The notes under the pieces were generated by a model. It was given only the letters and a program-made list of their open reading frames with translations. It was not told the DNA's origin and did no database searches. Position numbers and translations under genes: made by a program. DNA of 20,587 bases from a virus (lineage: Duplodnaviria > Heunggongvirae > Uroviricota > Caudoviricetes), in the IMG/VR virus record IMGVR_UViG_3300029862_000030, positions 1 to 20,587 of that record. The stretch is one strand, 5' to 3'. Of the stretch, positions 8,685-15,788 are shown piece after piece. Each line of letters begins with the position of its first letter. Within the stretch, counting starts at the first letter, position 1.

Positions 8685-9903
8685 CGTTCTTTTCCTCTTT
8701 GCCTTTCGTATCTTTAAAGTTATTCAACGGATTTGCTGCATTTACGCTGACCAGCATTTCATCCAGACCGTCAACCGGGTTCATATCCTCAAATGCCCTG
8801 GCTTCATTCCGGCTCATCCAGCCATCTGTAATGGCAAAGTGATAGAACTGCGCACGCTCCTGTGGGGTCCCACGGAGCAACCCCGTGAGGTTGAAGCGAA
8901 CGTAATACCCGGCAGCCCGTTCTGTACGGGTAAACAGGCGACGGTTAAGCTCCTGCTCCCAGTTCGCAACCCAGGGCATCATCGTGTAGCGAACAAACTG
9001 AATCGCCTGCTGCGTAATATTCGAAAATGTGGCTTTTTCCAGGTCATTAATCATGTGCGCCGGGACATTAAAAATCCCGGCAATCATCGACCGGTTCAGC
9101 TTGGTCATATCAATGATCTGAGCATCCACCGGAGAAACTGTCAGAGCGCGGTAATCCAGTTGCGCAGGCAGCAACATGGTTTTATTTTCCTGGCTGCGAA
9201 GCGCTGTCACCGCCCGCTGCCACATATTCTTGAGCCTGCTCCAACTCTGTTCGTTCAGTTCATTTTTCACAGAAATAATCCCGGCAGGACGGGCATTACC
9301 GTTAAAAAAAGCACTGGTATACTGCTGACCACTCATTCCCATACCAATGGTTTCAGCATGCTGCATGATCGGACTCAGTCCCATTTTCTGATTGTTTCCC
9401 AGCGCCCTGATATGGATCATGTCGTCCGGACTTACCGCAAATGCACCCTCTTCGTTATACACACCGTAGGTATGACGCCCTCCGGTGTTAAGTAACGTGG
9501 TTTCCCATGGCATACAGCATTCAAGACTGGTAACCTCGCCACGACGATTACGTTTCACCCACGTATAACCATTGCCCCACCCCAGCACATGACGCTGCTT
9601 CAGTTCCCGCCACTTATAGCTGGTCTGCCAGGCATTCGGTTCATCATGAACGAGCCAGAACAACGGGTGATCGCGTGCCGGCTGAACATGCTCATTCGTT
9701 TTTCGCATCACATGCAGGGGCATCTGAGCCACACTGGATGAAATAACATAAATACAGGCATAGACAGCAGCCAGCCTCATGGACGTTTCCGGACTGACAT
9801 ACACATCCCGGGCAAAAATATTATCCGTCTCAGCGGCCTCTCCGGTTACCGGAACCGAGGGATTTTCCAGAGGCTCACTGCGAAACAGAGCATCAAGAAG
9901 CAT
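8677..9903 (-). CDS. Portal protein (HK97 gp3-like)
   Basis: 408-aa ORF downstream of the large terminase, with an AGGAGAAAAC Shine-Dalgarno sequence before its ATG. Confidence 0.9.
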   Translation of the reverse strand: MLLDALFRSEPLENPSVPVTGEAAETDNIFARDVYVSPETSMRLAAVYACIYVISSSVAQMPLHVMRKTNEHVQPARDHPLFWLVHDEPNAWQTSYKWRELKQRHVLGWGNGYTWVKRNRRGEVTSLECCMPWETTLLNTGGRHTYGVYNEEGAFAVSPDDMIHIRALGNNQKMGLSPIMQHAETIGMGMSGQQYTSAFFNGNARPAGIISVKNELNEQSWSRLKNMWQRAVTALRSQENKTMLLPAQLDYRALTVSPVDAQIIDMTKLNRSMIAGIFNVPAHMINDLEKATFSNITQQAIQFVRYTMMPWVANWEQELNRRLFTRTERAAGYYVRFNLTGLLRGTPQERAQFYHFAITDGWMSRNEARAFEDMNPVDGLDEMLVSVNAANPLNNFKDTKGKEEKNDE

Positions 9904-10032
9904 GTTTTCTCCTCATGGACACCACCAGTGCATAAAGCAGCAACAAACAGCCAGACAGCATCAGAGACGCTGGCAGACCTGCATACAGATAAACGCCAGC
10001 AGTGAGCAGACCGAAACCGATCAGCCCGGTCA
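9893..10032 (-). CDS. Small hydrophobic protein (~46 aa) between the large terminase and portal
   Basis: Hand translation of the minus strand from the ATG at 10032 gives MTGLIGFGLLTAGVYLYAGLPASLMLSGCLLLLYALVVSMRRKHAS, a probable single transmembrane helix. It overlaps the portal start. It is below the ORF-track size cutoff and the end coordinate is good to about 1 nt. Confidence 0.3.
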
Positions 10033-10050
10033 TATCAGTAATAAGCTGTT

Positions 10051-11808
10051 TCACAGAATTAACAGGTCCTCATCAGGATCAAGCGTGGACAGAAAGTCAT
10101 TCACGCCCCCGCCATTTACCAGAAAGCGGCTCATGGCTGTAAAAAGCGCAACAGGGCCGTCGATTTTGGCTTCCGGCGTGGATTTATTCGGGAAGATGTT
10201 GTCGTTTTTGTCCGGTTTTACAGTAACGTTAGACATCATCCAGTTCATGACCGGATGATTGCTGTGATGGAAACGCCCGGCATAAACCAGTGATTCCGTT
10301 TCCTTCATGGCCTCTGACAGATTGCGGACCGTCTGCGGAACCTCCACCAGCGGTATCCCTTCTTCAGCCAGTGCCAGGCTGAACTGCATTGCGCTCCACG
10401 GGTCAAATCCCAGTTCCCTGAGGTTTTCACCGCCAATCCATTCCAGTAAGTCACTTTTTATCTGAGCATGATCGATAACATCACCATCCGTCAGGATGAG
10501 CTTATCCATCTCCGCCCACTTCCGGTAAAGTTCTGCCTGCTGCCGCGAGCATCGCTCCAGCCGTCCTTCCGGAAGCCAGAATTTAAAATCAGCATGAACA
10601 TGTCCGTTATCGGTTCGCCAGAGTTTTGCCGCCGCACAGATATCAATCTTATGAGCAAGGTCTACGCCGACCCACATGGGATATGTTTTCAGCTCATGTT
10701 GTGGAGCAATGTATTCGCACTTCTCCCACTTAATCATATCCATCCAGGCAGATTCGGCAGTGACCCACACATTCATGTGTTTGGTAAAAAAATTCACCCG
10801 CGCAGAGACCTGCTCCTTCGCTTTTTTCGCCAGACGACGCAGATCATCCCAGCGTTTACAGATGCCCAGGCCAGGATTCGCTTTCTGCCAGACCGTTTCA
10901 TCAAACGGATCATCTCCCTCATCAAGCGTGTAAATGATCGCAAAGTAAGAGTCGTCTTTTACAGCGCCCTCCACGTCGCTGTTATAGCCTCGCAATACCT
11001 TGATGGCGTAATCACGCTGCTCGTAACAAATCCCTTCCTTGTTAAAGCCAGCCGTGGTGATACCAAATAACAGGGACTGCAGACGGGCACCGGTTGCCGT
11101 TTCCAGAACGTCCCACACGTCGCGGGTTTTATGTGCATGCAGCTCATCAATAATGGCGCAGTGGATGTTCAGACCGTCCAGGTTGTTTGCATCCGAGGAA
11201 AGCGGTTCAAATTTTGATGCGCTCTGCTCCTGGTAAATCGCCAGCTTGTTGAAATCAAACAACCGCCCGAGTGTCGACCGGGCTTTTCTGACCATATTTT
11301 TGGCGTCTTCAAACACGATTCTGGCCTGGTCACGCGTGGTTGCGGCTGAATACACCTCAGCTCCGCCTTCACTATCTGCCCCCGTCATATACAGGCCGAT
11401 ACCCGATGACAGTGTTGATTTTGCGTTTTTACGGGCGACTTCGTTGTACGCCGTCCGGAACCGGCGCACCATCACCGGACGTCCGCTGCCATCGCTGCGC
11501 ATGACAACTTCCCCGGTTTCTTCATTGACCAGCGGAATGACAAAACCAAAAATATTAATGAGGATAAATACATGCCAGTCCATCAACTCAATGGGCTGGC
11601 CTGCCAGTGCCCCTTTTACATGAGGCACAAATTTGTAGAAATTCAGGATGTGCTGCGCACGGGGTTCACTGAAATAAATCCCCCGCTTTTCGCCGTACTT
11701 CAGATCATCAAGAAAACGCTGGCAGGCCAGGCGGACAAATTCGCCAGCAACAATTTCTCCTGCAACAACACGTTCGGCGTAGCGGATCCCGTCAGCCACT
11801 TTTGCCAT
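10051..11808 (-). CDS. Terminase large subunit
   Basis: 585-aa ORF. The start overlaps the small-subunit stop, and it sits upstream of the portal. Confidence 0.9.
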   Translation of the reverse strand: MAKVADGIRYAERVVAGEIVAGEFVRLACQRFLDDLKYGEKRGIYFSEPRAQHILNFYKFVPHVKGALAGQPIELMDWHVFILINIFGFVIPLVNEETGEVVMRSDGSGRPVMVRRFRTAYNEVARKNAKSTLSSGIGLYMTGADSEGGAEVYSAATTRDQARIVFEDAKNMVRKARSTLGRLFDFNKLAIYQEQSASKFEPLSSDANNLDGLNIHCAIIDELHAHKTRDVWDVLETATGARLQSLLFGITTAGFNKEGICYEQRDYAIKVLRGYNSDVEGAVKDDSYFAIIYTLDEGDDPFDETVWQKANPGLGICKRWDDLRRLAKKAKEQVSARVNFFTKHMNVWVTAESAWMDMIKWEKCEYIAPQHELKTYPMWVGVDLAHKIDICAAAKLWRTDNGHVHADFKFWLPEGRLERCSRQQAELYRKWAEMDKLILTDGDVIDHAQIKSDLLEWIGGENLRELGFDPWSAMQFSLALAEEGIPLVEVPQTVRNLSEAMKETESLVYAGRFHHSNHPVMNWMMSNVTVKPDKNDNIFPNKSTPEAKIDGPVALFTAMSRFLVNGGGVNDFLSTLDPDEDLLIL

Positions 11809-12290
11809 CAGTCTCTCGCTTTTAAAAGCTCTGCCAGCGGATCAACATTATCCGGTCCGGCGGTATTTACTTTTGCCCGGCTTGCCGGTGACATACCAAA
11901 TTCTGCAAGCATCGCCCGGATCCGCTTCCAGGCATCCGCTTTCATCGCAGCAGCTGGGTGTGCCTTAATCAGCACATCACCGTTCTGCGTTTCCGAGCGG
12001 TAGGTGTACCCCTCAACATCGAGTGTTTCGCAGTGATGCCGGTATTCGGTATAGGCTTCCACCAGTAGCTCAAGCGCACGCGCATCAAGCTGAGAAATGA
12101 TCCCTTCCGCATTCAGCTCTTCCGCCATTCGCCTGAACCAGTACTTCCCCTGCGCCCCTAAATGTTGCGGAATTTTAGGGAGACCTTTTTCATCCTTTTT
12201 AGCGGTTTTTTTGAGGTCTTTAACTGGCCGCTTTGAGGGGTTGCCTCGTATCAAATGCAGGCGTGGCGGGGTTTTCGGGGGTCCAGACAT
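11808..12290 (-). CDS. Terminase small subunit (P27 family type)
   Basis: 160-aa ORF immediately upstream of the large subunit with which it overlaps. It has a basic N-terminus (KRPVKDLKKTAKKDEKG). Confidence 0.75.
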   Translation of the reverse strand: MSGPPKTPPRLHLIRGNPSKRPVKDLKKTAKKDEKGLPKIPQHLGAQGKYWFRRMAEELNAEGIISQLDARALELLVEAYTEYRHHCETLDVEGYTYRSETQNGDVLIKAHPAAAMKADAWKRIRAMLAEFGMSPASRAKVNTAGPDNVDPLAELLKARD

Positions 12291-12519
12291 AATCGGTTTT
12301 ACCTATCAATCATTTAATCACATTCCAAAAAAAAGTTTTCGAACCTGCGGCGATGCGAGGAAAGGTCAGGCGGCGGTACTGAGCAGCCTGGGTTGCAGAG
12401 ATTTGATCCCCCCCCTCCCCCTTGAAGATGGCGGCAAAAAGCAGATACTGGCCACCCATCAGGATGCTCAGCATGGTGTATTCAGTTAATCTCAATAAAT
12501 AAAAGATGGAGTCTAAGAA

Positions 12520-13035
12520 ATGGATAAAACCAGAAAATATGACAGAGCCTTACAACTTGAAATCCTCAATGCCCTTATAGATTGCGCGCCTAACTCTTTA
12601 AACAAGGCACAGGAGCGAGACCTCATTGAGAAGTTTGACAGTTACGATCACTTTGTGGCGTGCATGTTATACCTTGAAATGCATGGTCTCGTTTCCACCC
12701 CCTTCATACGCAGTGACACCATGGCTGGCGTTGAGTTTATCTTCTGTGCCCCTAACTGCTACATTACAGAAAAAGGAATTGATTTTCTTCTCGATGATGG
12801 CGGCTTAAGTGCGATCCTTAAAGTTCAGACCTTTCGGTTACACAGTGACACGATTGTTGCCCTTGAGGATATAATCCGTGTCGCAAATATATCTGAAGAT
12901 CAGAAGAAGGGATTGATTTCAAAACTCCGAGAGCTTCCGGGAGACGCCATAAAACATTTGACCCTACAGTTACTGACTCAGGGGGTTCTGAATCTGCCGA
13001 ACGCACTTCGACTAATTCAAACAACCCTCCAGTAG
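12520..13035 (+). CDS. Hypothetical protein, unknown function; AT-rich gene on the opposite strand to the late operon
   Basis: 171-aa plus-strand ORF with a GGAG Shine-Dalgarno sequence 9 nt upstream of the ATG. Base composition is visibly more AT-rich than the flanking late genes. It is inserted between the HNH endonuclease and the small terminase gene. Confidence 0.6.
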   Translation: MDKTRKYDRALQLEILNALIDCAPNSLNKAQERDLIEKFDSYDHFVACMLYLEMHGLVSTPFIRSDTMAGVEFIFCAPNCYITEKGIDFLLDDGGLSAILKVQTFRLHSDTIVALEDIIRVANISEDQKKGLISKLRELPGDAIKHLTLQLLTQGVLNLPNALRLIQTTLQ

Positions 13036-13170
13036 GGCTAAACTCATCTGAGGGGCGAATTAACTCAAATTTGCCCCATCCCAGTTTTTCACTTAAAACA
13101 ACCCAAAATCCCTCCCGGGTATCTGCATGAATATAGAAACTATTTTTATGCATTACAGCAGTGAATATTA

Positions 13171-13521
13171 TCATCGAATACGTTCCCTTGCTGTCTTCTC
13201 TCTGTGGCATTCCCTGCATAACGACTCAAGATTGGAGTCATCATCGGTGCCGCCATGAGCTTTTGGAATCATGTGGTCTACAGTCCTGGCCTCAACGGCT
13301 CGTCCATTGCGCAGACAGTTCTTACACAGATGGTTATCACGCTTCAGTATACGCGCACGTATAACATCCCATTTCGAGCCATAGCCACGCTGGTGGCGAC
13401 TCAGTCCGCGTTGATGCTGTACCCATCCTTCACCACGATGTTTATCGCAGTAACCAGAACTGTCTGTGGTTGTACCTGCGCATCCACGCTTACGGCAGGC
13501 ACGTGGGATTCGTGATGGCAT
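13171..13521 (-). CDS. HNH endonuclease (packaging-associated, HK97 gp74-like)
   Basis: 116-aa ORF with Cys pairs flanking an H-N-H motif region (CKNCLRNGRAVEARTVDHMIPKAHGGTDDDSNLESLCRECHREK). Confidence 0.85.
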   Translation of the reverse strand: MPSRIPRACRKRGCAGTTTDSSGYCDKHRGEGWVQHQRGLSRHQRGYGSKWDVIRARILKRDNHLCKNCLRNGRAVEARTVDHMIPKAHGGTDDDSNLESLCRECHREKTARERIR

Positions 13522-13563
13522 AAATACCTCATACCCTGCGAAATGTTTACCACGATAAAAAGG

Positions 13564-14028
13564 CTACTTAATGCACTGAGTGCGGATATACTCCTGTGCC
13601 CCTTCCAGTTGCATCTGCATCGTCATCAGCCGCTCTCTGAGGGTGAAATAATCCCGTTCAGCGGTGTCTGCCAGTCGGGGGCTGGTTGCATTATCCACGC
13701 CGGAGGCGGTGGTGGCTTCACGCACTGACTGACAGACTGCTTTGATGTGCAACCGACGACGACCAGCGGCAACGTCAGCGCGAAGAGTTTCATTTTCAGC
13801 CTTCGCATCAGCTAACTCCTTCAGGTATTTTGCATCGAGTGCAGCAACATCACGCTGGCGTATCTGCATGTCAGTAATGATTGCGGTCGCCTGGTTGAGT
13901 TTTTCCATCACATTATCGCGTTGCGCTTTGTAGGTAATGGCATTATCACGGTAATGATTGACCGCCCACGACAGGCAGACGATGATGCAGATAACCAGAG
14001 CATAAATAATCGCGGCGACTCTGCTCAC
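13564..14028 (-). CDS. Rz: Spanin inner-membrane subunit (Rz / i-spanin)
   Basis: Near-identical over long stretches to lambda Rz as recalled ([27 protein letters not shown]..., [25 protein letters not shown]). The track ORF begins at TTG 14043; the likely true start is GTG 14028 (VSRVAAII, aligned with lambda MSRVTAII), overlapping the endolysin stop. Confidence 0.9.
   Translation of the reverse strand: MSRVAAIIYALVICIIVCLSWAVNHYRDNAITYKAQRDNVMEKLNQATAIITDMQIRQRDVAALDAKYLKELADAKAENETLRADVAAGRRRLHIKAVCQSVREATTASGVDNATSPRLADTAERDYFTLRERLMTMQMQLEGAQEYIRTQCIK
13626..13808 (-). CDS. Rz1: Spanin outer-membrane lipoprotein subunit (Rz1 / o-spanin), nested inside Rz in the +1 frame
   Basis: 60-aa ORF with the lipobox LVVVGC and the proline-rich segment [29 protein letters not shown], almost identical to lambda Rz1 as recalled. 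Confidence 0.85.
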   Translation of the reverse strand: MRRLKMKLFALTLPLVVVGCTSKQSVSQCVKPPPPPAWIMQPAPDWQTPLNGIISPSESG

Positions 14029-14558
14029 TGATCTATCCCCCAACAGGCTAATGCGCTTTCCTGGTCACGACGAATAACCTGTCCATAGCAGTTATTTGAA
14101 CGTATGCGGCAATCGCGCCCACCATCTTTTATCCACCAGCGAATCGCCTCGCATGCGCCCTTACGATCACCGGCATTCAGCCGCTTATAAAACGTCGACG
14201 GAAAACACTTACCGGGGCCAATGTTATAGGGACAGAATGACGCGATACCCGCTTTTTGTGGTTCGGTCATTGGTACTTTAATATTGCGCTCTACCCATGC
14301 CAGCGCCTTATCACGTTCAATAGCGTTAACCTGGTCGCATTTTTCCTTCGACAGTTTCATACCGGGAAAAACGGGTTTTCCATCCACCATCGTGGCACCC
14401 CGACAGATGGTCCAGATGCCGGAACCATCGCGGTATGCCGTTGTGTGGTTACCTTCTTTTTCATCCAGAAACTGGTCGAGAATGTCAGGCGCAGGCGCAC
14501 CTGCGGCAATCAGCGCCAGAACGGCAGCCGACAGGCCGTATCTGATTTTTGCGTTCAT
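14025..14558 (-). CDS. SAR endolysin (lysozyme, phage 21 R / Qin RrrQ type)
   Basis: 177-aa ORF. The N-terminus ([27 protein letters not shown]) is a Gly/Ala-rich, weakly hydrophobic signal-anchor-release segment. The body is lysozyme-like and matches my recollection of the E. coli Qin prophage lysozyme. Confidence 0.9.
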   Translation of the reverse strand: MNAKIRYGLSAAVLALIAAGAPAPDILDQFLDEKEGNHTTAYRDGSGIWTICRGATMVDGKPVFPGMKLSKEKCDQVNAIERDKALAWVERNIKVPMTEPQKAGIASFCPYNIGPGKCFPSTFYKRLNAGDRKGACEAIRWWIKDGGRDCRIRSNNCYGQVIRRDQESALACWGIDQ

Positions 14559-14608
14559 GGATATTTATCAGGATTTATCGGTTCCGAATACCTGGATATG
14601 TTAAGTCT

Positions 14609-14953
14609 TCAGCCCAGCGGTGGAGTCTTCAGAGAACCAGTAATTCTTCCCGGTAGCTTTCCTTTGTAGGTTATCCACACATTCTGCGCCTCTAAAATTA
14701 CGGGGCGCTTTTCCGGCGACTGCTCACCCCCTTCACATAACCCGGCAGCAACATCCAGGAAGACCTGTCTGATGCTCCTTCTGGCTGCTGCCTCATAAAA
14801 CTCCAGCGCGGCACCTTCAACACGGTCCAGCGAGATGTCCAGGTCAAAAATTTCACCGTCAAAGCGTTTTTTGTCCCGTAACGCTAAAGTTACCGTAACT
14901 TTATTCTCAAAATTGCGGATCCCTTTCACAATCAGTTCATAGTTTTGAGTCAT
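14609..14953 (-). CDS. YdfR-like (DUF1327-type) conserved protein of unknown function between holin and endolysin
   Basis: 114-aa ORF. Its position between holin and lysozyme is the same as ydfR in the E. coli Qin prophage. The family assignment is from memory. Confidence 0.65.
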   Translation of the reverse strand: MTQNYELIVKGIRNFENKVTVTLALRDKKRFDGEIFDLDISLDRVEGAALEFYEAAARRSIRQVFLDVAAGLCEGGEQSPEKRPVILEAQNVWITYKGKLPGRITGSLKTPPLG

Positions 14954-14957
14954 TGAA

Positions 14958-15173
14958 TTACTCTCCCCGTGCAGCCTTACGCTTGTCTTCTCTGATTTTG
15001 AAGTACAGATTTGTCAGATAAGTCAGGAAGCCCAGAACCAGACTCCCCAGTACACCAATCGCAGCCCACTGTGACGGACTGACCTGATCAAGCCACTGTA
15101 AAAACCAGTAGCCAGCACTGCCTGCGGAGGTGCCGTAGGCAATGCCCGTTGAAATTTTGTCCATGGATTTCAT
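14958..15173 (-). CDS. Class II pinholin (phage 21 S-type) with a dual-start motif
   Basis: The 71-aa product [71 protein letters not shown] matches the phage 21 S holin as recalled. The track ORF 14958..15272 was trimmed to the ATG at 15173, which has a GGAGG Shine-Dalgarno sequence. M1 and M4 give the antiholin/holin dual start. Confidence 0.9.
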   Translation of the reverse strand: MKSMDKISTGIAYGTSAGSAGYWFLQWLDQVSPSQWAAIGVLGSLVLGFLTYLTNLYFKIREDKRKAARGE

Positions 15174-15310
15174 AGCCTCACCTCCGCAGCGAACGGATGG
15201 CGTAGTTATAAGGGGAGCGAAAAAGAAAGAATGCGCGATTGCGCAATATGGTAACGTCAGGGTATTATCCACTGGCTGAATAGATCACTTCACGTTTTTT
15301 GTTCCTTGCC

Positions 15311-15338
15311 GCCCGTATCCATATGCGGGCTTTTTTTT
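15311..15338 (+). terminator. Candidate plus-strand intrinsic terminator
   Basis: Plus-strand hairpin GCCCGTAT..ATATGCGGGC (imperfect) followed by T8. Confidence 0.45.
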
Positions 15339-15344
15339 GCATGT

Positions 15345-15374
15345 AAAAAGGCCCCAACACATGTGCGTGGGGCC
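15345..15374 (-). terminator. Candidate minus-strand intrinsic terminator upstream of the holin (possible tR'-like element)
   Basis: Minus-strand reading gives a GGCCCCA/TGGGGCC stem around an 11-nt loop containing the palindrome CACATGTG, followed by TTTTTAC. Confidence 0.45.
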
Positions 15375-15574
15375 TGAGAGTATACATGGTTTCAGTCAAC
15401 TGCATGGTGCCGGGTGCCTCCCGGTGAATTCAGTACCAGCACCTGAATCCGCGATTATCCCATATACCTACTCGCTGATTGCCCATCCGCACAGGGGGAT
15501 TCACCATGCCAGTTTCTTTTAACAAACTCCCCGCAAAACAGACAACTGTCAACCGTCTGAATTGTGAGACATTT

Positions 15575-15603
15575 AAAAAAAAGGCCCGCAAAAGCGAGCC
15601 GGG
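15575..15603 (-). terminator. Intrinsic terminator downstream of the tRNA cluster
   Basis: Minus-strand reading gives CCCGGCTCGC-TTTT-GCGGGCC (7-bp stem with one G-T pair) followed by T8, about 12 nt after the 3' end of tRNA-Arg(TCT). Confidence 0.6.
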
Positions 15604-15614
15604 AAAAATAAGTC

Positions 15615-15691
15615 TGGCGCGTTGTACTGGATTCGAACCAGTGACCGATTGCTTAGAAGGCAATTGCTCTGTCCGGTTGAGCTAACAACGC
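15615..15691 (-). tRNA. tRNA-Arg (anticodon TCT, reads AGA), argO-like
   Basis: Hand-folded from the reverse complement: acceptor stem GCGTTGT/ACAACGC, D arm GCTC..GAGC, anticodon stem ATTGC/GCAAT with loop CTTCTAA, T arm CTGGTTCGAATCCAG, discriminator G and an encoded CCA. Similar to E. coli argU. Confidence 0.8.
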
Positions 15692-15704
15692 AGGGTACAG
15701 ATAA

Positions 15705-15781
15705 TGGACCGCCATCGAGGACTCGAACCCCGCGCAACCAGCTTCGAAGGCTGGTGCTCTATCCTGATGAGCTAATGGCGG
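15705..15781 (-). tRNA. tRNA-Arg (anticodon TCG as read by hand, reads CGA), argN-like
   Basis: Hand-folded: acceptor stem CCGCCAT/ATGGCGG (C1-G72), D stem GCTC/GAGC, anticodon stem CCAGC/GCTGG with loop CTTCGAA, T arm CGGGGTTCGAGTCCTCG and an encoded CCA. The anticodon call depends on my loop assignment. Confidence 0.65.
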
Positions 15782-15788
15782 TATGTGA

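Noticed and set aside
8839-9495. 218-aa plus-strand ORF inside the portal gene; similar long antisense ORFs at 10468..11070 (200 aa), 18920..19585 (221 aa), 7612..8079, 7794..8186 and 435..1021
   Set aside because: Each lies entirely antisense to a well-supported, family-assignable minus-strand gene and has low-complexity, Pro/Arg/Ser-rich composition typical of GC-rich antisense frames. No ribosome-binding sites were evident.
12310-12495. 61-aa minus-strand ORF in the region between the small terminase gene and the unknown plus-strand gene
   Set aside because: It spans the C-tract and the presumed cos region, has no ribosome-binding site that I could see and no recognisable family. It is more likely non-coding.
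12291-12519. Literal lambda cosN sequence (GGGCGGCGACCT)
   Set aside because: Only a partial GGCGGCGG resemblance is present. A cos site is still expected here by synteny, but its sequence cannot be asserted.
15174-15272. 33-codon N-terminal extension of the holin ORF in the track
   Set aside because: The 71-aa product from the ATG at 15173 matches the phage 21 holin and has a GGAGG ribosome-binding site. The extension would add a non-conserved leader.
15380-15610. Possible Shiga toxin or other cargo gene between the tRNA cluster and the holin, as in Stx phages
   Set aside because: The interval is only about 240 nt and holds terminators and promoter-like elements. The ORFs there (15337..15522 and 15479..15685 on the plus strand, 15430..15663 on the minus strand) overlap the tRNA genes or terminators and have no toxin-like sequence.
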